Positions 1-12,623 of a DNA stretch of 38,592 nucleotides are shown here, piece after piece (within the stretch, counting starts at the first letter, position 1; every line of letters begins with the position of its first letter). Both the position numbers and the translations under genes were made by a program. Below the pieces are notes generated by a model, which made no database searches, was not told the DNA's origin, and was given only the letters and a program-made list of their open reading frames with translations. Source of the DNA: Chiloscyllium plagiosum (taxonomy: Eukaryota); the NCBI RefSeq assembly GCF_004010195.1, contig NC_057718.1, positions 69,018,607 to 69,057,198 on the forward strand, written 5' to 3'.

Positions 1-476
1 TGTTCATCGCAAATAAGTTAATCCACCTCTAATATTGGAGAAGCATATGTAGAGTCTAAGATCACAGTTTCTACTTCAGTTAACATAGTTTAATTTTTGC
101 TACAATCCTCAGTCACACTATCTATGACCACGTGATAGGCAGGAAAAGTAATGGTCCAGTTGTAAAGGATGCACAGTCTTGTATTGGGAGAGATCAATAA
201 TATCTGGAGTAGAGCTGTAATTTGTAATGGTGACTTTCCGAAAATGAAGAGTGCAATATTAATGAAACGCAAACATTCTTCATGTAAGGCAGTTGTTGAC
301 TAGTTTGTCCAACCACGCTCTTCACAGCCCCATCCCCCAAAAAATCCACAGCCCTCAGTCACAACTGTGTGCACGTTCACAGATACATTGGAGGCTGCCT
401 TTGCTATGCTTCTATATTGGGATTTGTTGGATTGTTTCATATTTGAAGTTGTTTTCAACACAATCTTGTTTCTCAG

Positions 477-579
477 TCTAGAACTGGAATTACCAAGCCA
501 TATCATGTGAGACAAATTAAAACAACAAATGCCAAAGAAGCAGAAGCGGCAATGAAATATCTAATGGAATTAAAAACAG
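477..579 (+). CDS. SYNJ2: Synaptojanin-2 internal coding exon (proline-rich C-terminal region)
   Basis: Acceptor ttgtttctcag at 466-476, donor CAG|gtggag at 580. Translates [34 protein letters not shown](G), which closely matches my recollection of mammalian SYNJ2 ([32 protein letters not shown]). Ends in phase 1. Not in the ORF track. Confidence 0.9.
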
Positions 580-856
580 GTGGAGTGATTCTCGTGTCCT
601 TTTACCTGCTAAGCAATGCTTGAATGTAAGAGAAGGGATGTTGTTGTGCAATGGTAGTTTCCCTACCTTGAACCAAAAGACCCACCTGCCCGGAGGTGTG
701 TCACAACTGTTGATTAAAACCATTATATAAGAGAACAGATTGCAAGTACAATGCCACTGAAGTTTTAAATTAAAATACTTAAAGATGTTATTCCTGTAGC
801 AGCTTATCAAGATAAATCTGTTGAGTGTTGAATTACATCAGACCTTTTTAAAACAG

Positions 857-1203
857 GAGAAGGATGAGGGCTGACTTGATAGAGGTTTATAAGATGATCA
901 GGGGAATAGATAGAGTAGACAGTCAGAAACTTTTTCCCCGGGTACAACAGAGTGTTACAAGGGGACATAAATTTAAGGTGAAGGGTGGAAGGTATAGGGG
1001 AGATGTCAGGGGTAGTTTCTTTACCCAGAGAGTGGTGGGGGCATGGAATGCGCTGCCTGTGGGAGTGGCAGAGTCAGAATCATTGGCGAACTTTAAGTGG
1101 CAATTGGATAGGTACACGGATGGGTGCTTAAACTAGGACAAATGTTCAGCACAACATCATGGGCCGAAGGGCCTGTTCTGTGCTGTATTGTTCCAAGTTC
1201 TAA
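857..1203 (+). mobile_element. CR1-clade LINE 3' fragment (5'-truncated, young)
   Basis: Uninterrupted ORF2 C-terminus RADLIEVYKMIRGIDRVD...FFTQRVVGAWNALP, followed by the 3' UTR stem gggccgaagggcctgtt and a short tail. Confidence 0.9.
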
Positions 1204-1319
1204 CACTCTTTGAGCATATGCACATACACACACAAGCGCACACTCCACAGGCACCAAGCCCCCTCTAATTCTGAATGTGAGGTAAGCACCAAAAAGCCAT
1301 AAAAGGTAAAGACACTATT

Positions 1320-1700
1320 GTCTTATCAGACCATAGGGCTGCTCTCTCATTAGAGAAAGAAAATTGATGGTGGTTTAACCTGAGGATCACCATGCATCAG
1401 GCAAGAGGGAGAGGTTGAAAAGGAGAATCCTCTATGGTAACCTCAGCAGGGATTGAACCTGTGCTGTTGGTATGTCACTAAACGTTGGCCAAGATACCAC
1501 CTCTGTTCTTCTTTGAAGTTGGTGCCATTTGATCTTTTACATCCATCGAAGCAGGATGTTGGAGCTTCAGTTTAATCTCCCATCCTATTGGTACTGTACT
1601 GGAATGTTAAACTTTTTGTTGTACTCAAACCCTTGAGCGGGACTTGAAACTGGAACCTTGAGAGTCTGAGGTGAGATGGCTATGACTGAGCCACTATTGA
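1320..1700 (-). mobile_element. Two old tRNA-derived SINE-like fragments
   Basis: Reverse B-box-like motifs (gggattgaacc ~1448; gggacttgaaac ~1638) and a reverse A-box-like actgagccac (~1686). Degenerate. Confidence 0.45.
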
Positions 1701-2563
1701 CTCAAAAGTCATAAAAGATTAGTACAATCTTAATTTCAGCTAATATCCACACACAAGCCCATACCTGTATGTCTGCGTGTACTTCCTGGTCAAAATGCCT
1801 GTGCCGCAATTCAGGAGCAGTCTTGGCTTTGCTTCTCCATACCTATTGGACATAAGGCCAACTGGAGTGGCTTGCATCACCCAGTTAGATCCAGCAAACA
1901 GACACAGGCACAATGTTTGTGGCATTCCTAATCTGAACAAATGAACAATTTATCTGTATCTCACCAGTTCTAGGCAAAAGATTTGTCTTGGTCCATTGCC
2001 TGTCCCCTGATCCTGTCTCTGACTTCAACAGCTGCAGCTATTGCTGAAGTCAATGGCAGACCCAGCCAGCCCACACCCTCTCGCTCTTTAATAAGCCTCC
2101 AGCCTATCAACTATCACCCCCCCCCACCTTGCACTGTTTTCTAAGCGAAGAAGTATAGCCTACTCCTTTGTTACAAAGAAATTGTATTTTCTTGATGAGT
2201 TCATGAAAATTGGTGGGTTTGTAAAAATACAAGACCTGTGAAAGGTGTAAAAATATAGAGACATATGGCATTTTCTCCCTGGGTAGCCTTGTATATTTCT
2301 GTAGCTGTGTCCCTGCGCACAACCTTTATCCGTGTCAAATGTCACTATAACAGCGACAGCAATGAGCATAGGAGGCTATTTCTGAGCATTTTATGTGCTA
2401 TGATGACTTTGCTTCAAGAACAAACCAAGATTTGTACCATTGTTGATATAAACAGGACAGATATGTAAGTTATGTACTTGTCTTCCCTACTAAATGAAAC
2501 TTTTGCAACTGTTGACAGCGCTAGACACCAAAGTGGGCTCTGAACAATGTCTTTCTTTTTCAG

Positions 2564-2754
2564 GAAGTTTGAAGTCAGAGGCTAACATAAAGCCATCTCT
2601 AGTACAGTCAATTCTCAAGTCCCAGTCAGACATGCCTCTTCCTGATGAACATGTTCAAACATATTCTACTTCATTAATACCTCTATTACACGCTCAAAGA
2701 AATCCTGCTGCTAAACCATCTGATCCAGAAGGAACAGGAATAAGAGGTGACTTG
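2564..2754 (+). CDS. SYNJ2: Synaptojanin-2 penultimate coding exon
   Basis: Strong acceptor ctttctttttcag (2551-2563) and perfect donor TTG|gtaagt (2755). Starts in phase 1, matching the previous exon, and ends in phase 0. Open frame (G)SLKSEANIKPS...GTGIRGDL inside ORF 2494..2799. Protein sequence is poorly conserved, so the assignment rests on splice sites and phase. Confidence 0.8.
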
Positions 2755-2762
2755 GTAAGTTA

Positions 2763-3077
2763 TTTTGATTATCATAAACAAGAGATGTTGATTTCTTAAA
2801 GTATTAAGAATGTTTACATTGTAAATACTTAGTGTCAGCAACTAACATTGCCAAGTTCAAATCAATTATAGTCAGGTTCAGTTAGTTCCGCCTCAAACTA
2901 TGTTTGTCCCTCACAATCTCTTTTGATTATCATAAACAAGAGATGTTGATTTCTTAAAGCATTAAGAATGTTTACATTGTAAATACCTAGTGTCAGCAAC
3001 TAACATTGCCAAGTTCAAATCAATTATAGTCAGGTTCAGTTAGTTCCACCTCAAAACTGTTTGTCCCTCACAATCTC
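2763..3077 (+). repeat. Direct tandem duplication, ~158-bp unit x2
   Basis: 2763-2920 is repeated at 2921-3077 (ttttgattatcataaacaagag...cctcacaatctc) with about 4 differences. Confidence 0.95.
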
Positions 3078-3719
3078 TTGCAATTGGTATGGCCAGCTCA
3101 GTAACGAATTGTGAGGAGTTTTTTTTATGCTGTGAATTGGTTTAAGACTTTCCTAGTTTCTTGAAAGTTTTTATCGCCAACAATAAAGATTTTTCTTTTT
3201 GTTATGCATGAAACTTGCTGAATTGTCCTTCTGCTCTTAGTTGGAAAGTTGCAAAACTGAGTGCTAACCTAGTTAGGCTGAGTCGTTTTAAAAAAAAATC
3301 CAAACAAGGAGAAATCAACAGGAATAGGCCATTCAGCTATTTGAATCTATTCCAATATTTAAATTGATAATGGCTTATTTGCATTTCAACTCTACACACC
3401 CATTTTTTAAAAAATTGTTCACAGTTGTGAGTGGTTCTGGAAATTAGTTTGTTTTGTCAATTGCCCACCTTTAGTTGGCTTGAGAAAGTTATTGGTAAGC
3501 TGCTGTCTTGAACTGTTGTGGTTCATATAGTGTACATATACCTACAGTGTTGTTAGGAAGAGTGTACCAACATCTTGATGCTTCAGTAGTGAAGATACTG
3601 CAACATATTTTCATGTCAAGCCTGAATATTATCCTTCACTTGCTTCATTGTGTGAAGAAATGTTTATATCTTTAAGACTTCATTCAGATTACGTCTTAAC
3701 TTAATCCCTGAAGTCCAGG

Positions 3720-3980
3720 TATCATTCTTGTAAACCTATGTAGTACTCTCTCCAAAGACAATATGTCCATCCTAAGGTGTGGAGCCCAGATCTGCTCACA
3801 GTACTCCAAGTGGGGTTTAACCAGGGTTTTGTATTGCTGCACCTTTTGTATTGAAAGGTCATGGAGATTGGGCAAGAAAGTGGAGTTGAGGCCAAGATGA
3901 GACCAGCCATGATCATATCAAATGGCAGAACAGGCTTGAGGGGCTGAATTGCCTACACCACCTCCTAGTTCTCTTGTTCA
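3720..3980. mobile_element. CR1 fragments (minus-strand ORF2 piece plus a plus-strand 3' tail)
   Basis: 3720-3850 is the reverse of the 'P(H)LEYC.Q.WAPH.R.D' CR1 region. 3900-3980 is a CR1 3' UTR (agccatgatc...gggctgaattgcctac...). Confidence 0.6.
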
Positions 3981-4034
3981 CAGACTTCAGACCTCACACC
4001 AAGCTCCTGGTGTACAAGGCAGCAGTATTACATC

Positions 4035-4130
4035 AAAAGAGAAAATGCTGGAAAATCTCAGCAGGTCTGGCAGCATCTGTAAGGAGAGAAAAGAGCTGAT
4101 GTTTCGAGTCTAACTGACCCTTTGTCAAAG
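4035..4130 (-). mobile_element. Short Penelope-like element (pLTR) fragment, degenerate hammerhead
   Basis: Carries the cagcaggtctggcagcatc signature shared with the other PLE copies. Minus strand reads TTGACAA-AGGGTC-agtta-GACTC-GAAAC-ATC. Confidence 0.7.
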
Positions 4131-5288
4131 AGAGTCAGTGGGGAAAGAGATCAGTCTGAGACTGGTACAGTTAGGAAAAGGAGCAAATCGAACATTCAGG
4201 ACAAAGCAGAGAACAAGAGAAGATGGATAAATTAAACTCCATTTATTTCAGTTTAAGTGGCCTATCAGAGAAGGGGGATGAACCCAGAGCATGGTCAGGA
4301 ACATGGGACTGGGAGATTATAGCAATTACAGGGATGTGGCTCAGGGATGGACAGGACTGGCAGCTTAATGTTCCAGGATAAAAATGGATAGAAAGGTGGG
4401 TAAGAGAGATGGGGAGTGGCGTTTTTGATAAGGAGTAATATTACGGCTGTTCTTAGGGAGGATATTCCTGGGAATACATACAGGAAAGTTATTTGGATGG
4501 AACTGAAAAATAAGAAAGGGATGATAACCTCATTGGGATTGCAATATAGACCCTCCAATAGCCAGCAGGAAATTGAGAAACAAATTTGTAAAACCTGACC
4601 TACTCTTGGGAAATAAGGCAGGGGACCATAACTCCATTAGTTTTAAAGCATTGATGGAAAAGGATAGACCAGATCGAAAAGTTGAAATTCTAAATTGAAG
4701 GAAGGCCAATCTTGACCATATTAGGCAAGAACTTTCAAAAGCTAATTGGGGGCAGATATTAGCTGGTAAAGTGATGGCTGGAAAATGGGAAGCCTTCAGA
4801 AATGAGATAACAAGAGTCCAGAGACAGTATATTCCTATTAGAGTGAAAGGCAAGGCTGTGGGGAATGCTGGATGATGAAAGAAATTGAGGGTGGTTAAGA
4901 GAAAGAAGGAAGCATGTGTTAGGTATAGACAGCAGAAATCGAGTGAATCCTCAGAAGATTATAAAGGCAGTAGGAGTATACTTAAGAGGGAAATCAGGAT
5001 GGTGAAAAGGGGACATAGCTTTGGCAAGTAGAGTTAAGGAAACTCCAAAAGGATTCTCTCAATACTCTGAGGACAAAAGGGTAACTCAGGAGAGAATAAG
5101 GCCCCTGAAAGACCAGCAAGACAATCTTGATGTGGAACTGCAGGAGGTGGGGGTGAAACTAAATGAGTATTTTGCGTCAGTGTTTTCTTTGGAGAAGGAC
5201 ATGAAAGATATAGAATGTGCGCAAGTGGATGGTGACATCTTGAAAAATGCCCATATTACAGAGTAGGAAGTTTCCAGAGAAAGGAAAT

Positions 5289-6487
5289 TAGATTAGATTC
5301 CCTACAGTGTGGAAACAGGCCCTTCAGCCCAACAAGTCCACACCGACTCTCCGAAGAGTAACCCACCCACACTCCTTTCGCTCTGACTAACTCAATGGGC
5401 AATTTAGCATGGCCAGTTCACCTGACCTGCACATCTTTGGACTATGGAAGGAAACACACAGACACATGGGGAGAATGTGCAAACTCCACACAGACAGTCG
5501 CCCGAGGCTGGAATCGACCCCAGGTCCCTGGCGCTGTGAGACAGCAATGCTAGCCACCGTGCTGCCCCCTGAAGAAGGGTTACACCCAAAACAGTGACTT
5601 CTGCACTACCTTATGCTACCAGGCTTGCTGTGTTCTTTCAGTTCCCTGCTTGTCTATTATGGGTAATTTAGCACGGCCAATCCACCTAACCTGCATGTCT
5701 TTAGACAGGCGGGAAGAAACCTGAGCACCTGGAAGAAACTCATGCCAACTCCATACAGACTATTGCCTAGGGTGGAATTGAACCCAGGTCCCTGATGCTG
5801 TGAAGCAGCAGTGCTAACCACTGAGCCACCATGCTGCCAAGAAACCAGAGCAAACTTAGGGAGAGCATACAAATTCCAGGGGAACATACAAATTCCACCC
5901 AAGGGTGGAATTGAACTCAGGTCCCTGGCACTGTGAGATAGCAGTGCTAACCACTGAGTCACGGCTTCATAGCTAAGATTAGATTCCCCACAGTGTGGAA
6001 ATAGGCCCTTCGGCCCAACAATTCCACACTGACCCTCTGAAGAGTAACCCACCCAGACCCATTCCTCTATGTTTACCCCTGACTAATGCATCTAACCTAC
6101 ACATCCCTGAACGCTATGGGCAATTTAGCTTGGCCAGTTCATCTGACCTGCACATCTTTGGATTGTGGGAGGAAACCGGAGCACCGGGAGGAAACCCGTG
6201 CAGACACGGGGAGAATGTGCAAACTCCATTCAATCAGTCGCCCGAAGTTGGAATCGAACCCGGGTCCCTGGCGCTGTGAGGCAGCATTGCTAACCACTGA
6301 GCCACCGTGCTGCCCAAAACTGACAGCCTGACTTTTCTGACCACTTGAGTTCATGACAGGCCATGCAGGAAACCGGTGCAGACCCGAGGAGAATGTGCAA
6401 ACTCCACATAGATGCTCGCCCGAGGGATGAATTGAACCCAGGTCCATGGCACTGTGAGGCAGCAGTGCTAACCACTGAGCCACCGTG
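5289..6487 (-). mobile_element. Cluster of HE1-type V-SINEs (two near-full copies ~5289-5567 and ~5977-6315, three partial copies)
   Basis: Repeated reverse tRNA heads (gcagcagtgctaaccactgagccaccgtg; ggaatcgaacccggg), V-domain (ggagaatgtgcaaactccac) and a CR1-like tail (cagtgtggaaacaggcccttc). Confidence 0.9.
5566..5655 (+). mobile_element. Short PLE fragment with degenerate hammerhead
   Basis: CTGAAGA-A-GGGT-tac-ACCC-AAAAC followed by the atgct...gcttgctgtgttct pLTR signature. Confidence 0.6.
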
Positions 6488-6802
6488 ATGGATGTCTTAA
6501 AACACACAGAGTTGGATCAATCCCCAAGACCTGATCAGGTGAACCTTTGAACTTTGTTAGAAACTAAAGAAGTGATTTCTGCTGCCCTTGCTGAGATATT
6601 TGTATCATCGATAGTCACAGGTTAGGTATCAGAAGACTGGAGGATGGCTAAAGTGGTGCCACTATTTAAGAAAGGTAGTATGGACAAGCCAGGGAGCTAT
6701 AGACCAATGAGCTTGACATTGGTGATGGGCAGGTTGTTGGAGAGAATCCTGAGGGACAGGATGTACATGTATTTGGAAAGGCAGGGACTGATTAGGGAGA
6801 GT

Positions 6803-7150
6803 TGAAACTTTATTGCTGGAACAGCACAGCAGGTCAGGCAGCATCCAGGGAACAGGAGATTCGACGTTTCGGGCACAGGCCCTTCTTCAGGAATTTCTAC
6901 CATGTTGAATGTCTTACTGAAACCCATTTGGATCACGCCACCACTCTGCCCTCATCAATCCTCTTCGTCACTTCTTCAAAAAGCTCTAACAAGTTCGTGA
7001 GACAAGATTTCCCACTCNNNNNNNNNNNNNNNNNNNNNNNNNNNNNNCGTCGAATCTCCTGTTCCCTGGATGCTGCCTGACCTGCTGTGCTGTTCGAGCA
7101 ATAAAGTTTCAACTTTGATCTCCAGCATCTGCAGACCTCACTTTCTCCTC
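6803..7150. mobile_element. PLE insertion with inverted pLTR pair and 16-bp TSD
   Basis: 6803-6894 (-) and 7047-7150 (+) are inverted pLTR copies. TSD actgattagggagagt at 6787-6802 and 7151-7166. An N-gap lies inside. Confidence 0.8.
6859..6894 (-). ncRNA. Minimal type I hammerhead ribozyme motif (PLE-associated)
   Basis: Minus strand ATTC-CTGAAGA-A-GGGC-CTGT-GCCC-GAAA-CG-TC-GAAT: intact CUGANGA/GAAA core, 4-bp stem II, 4-bp stem I (ATTC/GAAT), vestigial palindromic stem III, GUC cleavage triplet. Confidence 0.75.
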
Positions 7151-9224
7151 ACTGATTAGGGAGAGTCAATATGGCTTGTGAGTGGGAAATCTTGTCTCAC
7201 GAACTTGTTAGAGCTTTTTGAAGAAGTGACGAAGAGGATTGATGAGGGCAGAGTGGTGGCGTGATCCAAATGGATTTCAGTAAGACATTCAACATGATAG
7301 ACTGGTTAGCAAGGTTAGATCTCATGGCATACAGGAGAACTAGCCATTTGGATGCAGAACTGATTCGACATAGAAGACAGAGGTTGGTGGTTGGAGGGTT
7401 GCACAGACTGGAGGCCTGTGACCAGTGGTGTGCCTGAAGGATCGGTGCTGGTCCACTGCTTTTTGTCATTTATATAAATGATTTGGATGTGAACAAAGGA
7501 GTTCTATGTGGTAAGTTTGCAGATGACACCAAAATTGGAGGCGTAGTGGACAGTGAAGAAGGTTACCTCAGAGTATAACAGGATCTTGATCAGATGGGCT
7601 AATAGGCTGAGGAGTGCCTGGAGTTTAATTTAAATCAATGTGAGGTGCTACATTTTGGAAAGGCAAATCAGAGCAGGCTTTGTACACTAAATGGTAAGAT
7701 CCTGGGGAGTTTTTCTGATCAAAGAGACCTTGGAGTGCAGATTTATAGTTCCTTGAAAGTGGAATCGCAGGTAGGTAGGATTGTCAAGAAGGTATTTGAT
7801 ATGCTTTCCTTCTTGGTCAGAGCATTGAGTATAGGAGTTGGGAGGTCATGTTGTGGCTGTACAGGATATTGGTAACATTCCATTTAGGAATATTGAGTGC
7901 AATTGTGGCCTCCCTCTTATAGAAAGGATGTTGTGAACCCTGAAAGGGTTCAGAAAAGATTTCCAAGGATGTTACCAGGTTGAAGGTTTTGTGCTATAGG
8001 GAGAGGTTGAATAGGCTAGGGTTGTTTTCCCTGGAGCATCGGAGGCAGAGGGGTGATCTTATAGAGGTGTATAAAATCATGAGGAGCATGGATAGGGTAC
8101 ATAGATATGATGTGGTGGGGGAGTTCAGAACTCAAAGGCATGGGTTTAGAGTGAGAGGGGAAATACTTAAAAGGGACCTAAGGGCAACATTTTCACGCAG
8201 AGAGTGGTGCATGTATGAAATGAGCTGCTAGAGAAAGTGGTGGAGGCTGTACAAAAAGGCATCTGGATGGGTATATGAATAGGAAGGGTTTAGAGGTGTA
8301 TATAGGCCGGGTACTGGCAAATGGGATTAGATTACGTTAGGATATCTGGTCGGCATGGATGAGTTGGACCGAAGGATCTGTTTCTGTGCTGTACATCTGT
8401 ATGACTCTAACTAATTACAAGTAATAGAGAAGGGCCTCCCTATCTCTAAACAAGGATAGCAGCTAAGAGAGTTGCAATGGTGGGAAATCTCAAAGAAGAC
8501 TCTCTTCCTTACTTTGTACAAAATAGCAGTCACAGATGTTGGAGTTGAGAGATAAAAGGTCACAAGCGACCATGGAAAGTTCAGTTCCCACATACCAAAA
8601 GGGACCCATTCAGATCACAGCAACAAGACTACGAATAGAGTGATGTACTGAAACCCCAGTCATAGTTGAACAACCCAGCACTAATTAACCAGTAGTATAC
8701 AAGGGAGGGGTATCTGCCACCATGTTAATGTAACAAGAAAAATGCATAAAAGACAAGGCACTTGTTTTTAAAATTACAGTGTCATTGACTTTTCTTCTAA
8801 CCTGAGCTGAAGATTAAGGGGGTGATCCGACCTTCACATTGAGGCTAGAGTCAAAGTAACCTTAGGCCTCTCCCTGCATTATATCGATGGAATGCATAAA
8901 TAAATTACCAAATGCCTTGAGCTCTGCTGTCTCCTGAAAAGTTATTATCTCTGTAAACTCATTCCAATGTGTCCTGTATAAATGCAACATGACATCTCAA
9001 CTCCTATTCTGAATGCACTGACCAATGAAAGCCAGTGTGCCAAATGCCACCTTCACCACCCTGTCTACCTGTGATTCCCATGCTGTCCATGCAATTATCA
9101 ATGCAGTCAAATATGGTTGCTGACATGAATTTATATAGCACTTTAAGTCTCGTAAGGCACCCACAAGTCCCTTGACAGGAATGGATGTCAAACAAGATTG
9201 AACACTGAGTCAAATAAGGCTGTA

Positions 9225-9327
9225 TTAGAAATAAAAACAGAAAATGGTGGAAATACTCAGGTGGTCTGGCAGCATTTGTGTTGCGAGAAACAGCATTGAT
9301 ATTTCAGATCTTGACTTTCCATCAGAA
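9225..9327 (-). mobile_element. Old PLE pLTR fragment
   Basis: aaaacagaaaatggtggaaatactcaggtggtctggcagcat signature. Degenerate. Confidence 0.55.
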
Positions 9328-10149
9328 TAGAAGTGATTTTATGACAGGTGATGAAAATCTTGTCCAAACTGGTAGGCCTTGTGGAGTGTCCGAAAAGAAA
9401 AAAGAGGGGTGGAGAGGTGGTTTGGGTTTAGAGTGTGAATTCCAGGTACATGAAGGCACAGCTACCAGAGTTGGGTTGATTAACATCAGTGCTGCACACA
9501 AGGCCAGGGCTGGAAGGTCAGGGATGAGAGCTACTGGAAGACGTTTGGATGAGTTAAATTTTACCAAAGGTAGAAGAGAGGAGGCCAATCTGGAGAGCAA
9601 AGTCTCAAATAAATAAGACATGATTGAGGCAATTAAGGAATTTAGCCCATTTCATACAGTGGAGAACACTAGTGACAAATACCCCACACCCTCAAATAGA
9701 GCTAATTTGATGGAATTTGGGGCAGTACTGCACATGAAGATAGAGGACAGAAGAAGTCCTGGCAACACTGAAGAATCTTAAACATAGCATCTTGTCCTAG
9801 ATAGTGCAGAATGATAATGAGAGCAGAATGGTCAGCCTTCGCTATCATTACTGGAATGGACAACAATCTTAGTCACGAGAAACCCCTTTAATACTACCCC
9901 CTACCTTTCTGATCTTCTTGCCCACACACACTGGTCCTATTCCTTCCTGTTCAATCTTCTCCCACCCACCCTCCCATCCTGTCCCATACCCCATGGCCCT
10001 CACTTTCCTTCGCTTCACTTCTTTTGAAGTTAAACTTACTTTTGGTTGGTTTAACATAATACATTTTTCTTTGACTTGGATTTAATTTTAGCTCCCTTTT
10101 GTTTAACGTCTTTCCTGATATCTAAGCAGGTGATCTTCTTTATAAATGG

Positions 10150-10930
10150 GGATAGGAGGCAACAAGTTTAAAAGAGCACGGCTCAAGGAGTGTTTTTATT
10201 TTGAACACAGCACTGAGAGAGGAGGCAGCAAGTTTAAAAAAAAACGTGGCGAGCACGGAGTGGCTTCAGTCTGAATACAGTAGTGAGAGAGGCCGAGTGG
10301 AGAAATGTACAAGAGTGATGTCACAAGAAATCTGGAGGTTAATCGGTTAGTGAGAAACTGTTGTTAGGGAGAGATTCTAAATAGCTTTTAAAAGTAAAGA
10401 TAACATCGTTTACAAAGAAAAGGAACTACGTTTATTTTAGGAAGGAACATTACAAAAGGGAGGTAAAATTAAATCAAGTCAAAGGTATAAAATCCAAACA
10501 AAATTAAATTTCATGCAAGTGAAGGAAATTTAAATTACTCATAAGTTTCTATCATACATTCTTTTTGTATTCTACGTGTAACAAATACTTTTAGCAGTTA
10601 TTGGATTGTAGGTCAATGAAGGCAAGTGGAGTGTACATCCTGTGTTATGTGTGGAGTCATGAACATATTATGTGTCCCAGACTGACACGTCTGCAGGAAG
10701 TGTGACTGATTACACAGGCTTGAACTCCCAGGTGCTAGAACTTGAGCAGCAGCTGGAGTCATTGTTGTGCATCTGTGAGGCAGAGCTGGTCAGACCACAG
10801 ATTAGAACAGTTCAGGCAGAGAGAGAATAGGTGACTGCCAGGCAGTCTGAGAAAACCAGGAAAGCAGGGCAAAGGTCTCCTGAATCTATTGTGCATGCCG
10901 ATCAGTATTCTATTTTGAAAACCTAGTGAA
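10150..10930 (+). mobile_element. CR1 5' region with ORF1 zinc-finger/leucine-zipper remnant
   Basis: ~10622-10785 translates QVECTSCVMCGV...CVPD*HVCRKC..L..LE..VLELEQQLESL, the CX2C...CX2C plus heptad pattern of CR1 ORF1. Upstream are short repeats (gcaagtttaaaa x2). Confidence 0.7.
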
Positions 10931-11009
10931 AGTGGTTGTTCCTCAGGGATAGATCTATGGCCAAGTTACCAGAGTGGGAGAGGATAGAGAAAGAAGAATG
11001 GAAAGGCAA

Positions 11010-11680
11010 TAATCATGGAATCATGGAGATCCATAGCACATTGTGTCTGCACCAAACGAACATCCCACCTAAATATTCTAATCCCCTACTCCAGTACTTG
11101 GCCCATAATGTTGTGTGCCTTGGCATTGCAAGTGCACATCTAAATCCTGCTAACATTTTATGAAGGCTTTTGCGCCTTCACCCCTTACAGGTGGAGAGTT
11201 TGAGATTCCCACCACCCTTTGGGGGAAAACATTTTTCCTCACATCTCCTCTAAATCTCTATGCCCTTTGGTTATTGATCCCTCCAATAAGGAGAAATGAG
11301 TCTTCTTCTCTACCATATCTAAACATCTCAGTCATGTTCCCTCTCAAACTCTTCTGCTGTAAGGAAAAACAGTCTCAGTCTGTTCATTCTCTCTTCAAGA
11401 CTAAAATTCTCCATTTCAGGCAATATCCTACTAAATTTCCTCTCTACCCTCTCCATTGCCATTCACAATCCTCCTGTAATGTGGAATTGAGAATTTCAAT
11501 CTAGTTGGGGCTTAACTAATGCTTTATACAGTTCCAGCGTAATCTATGTCTCAGCTAATAATGACATGTAGGTCATATGCCTTCTTGACCACTTTATCTG
11601 CCAGCCCTGATATCTTAAGAGATTGGTCTACATGCACACTGAGGTCCCTCAAATCCTCTGTGTTTTCCAGAGTCCTACTG
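11010..11680 (-). mobile_element. CR1 3' fragment
   Basis: Minus ORF 11551..11778 contains RDLSVHVDQSLK..G.ADKVVKKAY. The 3' tail lies toward 11010. Confidence 0.75.
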
Positions 11681-12623
11681 GACACATATGGTGTTAATGG
11701 CAGGAGACAGAAGGTGGTGGTAGAGGGTAGTTTTTCAGACTGGAAGCCTGTGACCACAAGGATTGGTGCTAGGTTCACTGTTGTATAACATTTATATAAA
11801 CAATTTGAATGAGAATATAGTAGGCAAGGTTAGTGAATTTGAGGATGCCACCAAAATTGGTGGTTTGGTGGACAGCAAAGAAGATTATCTGAGTACAACA
11901 GAATCTTGATCAACTGGGCCATGGACTGAGAAACGGCAGATGGAGTTTAATTCAGATAAATGTGAGGTGTTGCATTTTGGTAATACACACCAGGGCAAGA
12001 CTTACACAGTTGATGGTAGGGTCCTGGGGAATGTTTTCGAACAGAGAGACCTGGGGGTACAAGTATATAGTTCCTTGAAAGTGGTGATTCATATTCACAA
12101 GAAAAATGTGTTTGGAACGTTTGGCTTCATTGGTCAGAGCATTCAGTACAGGAGTTAGAATGTCATGTGACGGCTGTACGAGACATAGTACTCCAAATGT
12201 TGCCTTACAATGTGCAATTCTGGTCACCCTGCTATAGGAAGGATGTTATCGAACTGGAAAAGGTGCAAAAATGATTTTCAACGATGTAACTGAGACTGAA
12301 AGGTTTGAGTTATAATGAGGGACTGGATACGATGGGGCTTTTTTTCCCATGCATCAAAGGAAGTTATAGGGTGAGGTAAAGAAGCATAGATAGGGTGAAC
12401 AGCCAAATATTTTCCTAGAGAGGGAGAGTCCAAACAAGAAGGCACAGGTTTAAGGTGAGAGAGAAAAAAACTTAAAAGGGACAGACGACAACGTTTTCAC
12501 ACAGAGGGTAGTACCTGTATGTGATGAGCTGCCAGAGGAGATGGTAGAGGTGAGTACAATTACAATGTTTAAAAGACTTTTGGAAGTGGGTATATACATA
12601 GGAAAGGATTAGACTGTTATGGA

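Larger units (their letters stand above)
4131..8410 (+). mobile_element. Long decayed CR1/HER1-type LINE ORF2 (endonuclease + RT + 3' UTR), interrupted by a SINE cluster and a PLE
   Basis: APE-like segments at 4230-4590 (G..YRPSN), RT segments (PLFKKG..DKPG.YRP ~6660; KFADDTK 7513-7533; CEVLHFG; RGDLIEVYK ~8050) and tail ggaccgaagg...ctgtatgactcta. Many stops and frameshifts. Confidence 0.9.

Noticed and set aside
293..476. Pro-rich reading (QPRSSQPHPPKNPQP) as an extra SYNJ2 exon
   Set aside because: No suitable donor site or recognisable homology.
1740..2470. Short ORFs in SYNJ2 intron as a nested gene or pseudogene
   Set aside because: No recognisable domain or splice structure.
5400..6510. 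Many overlapping 60-130 aa ORFs
   Set aside because: These are translations of non-coding HE1 SINEs.
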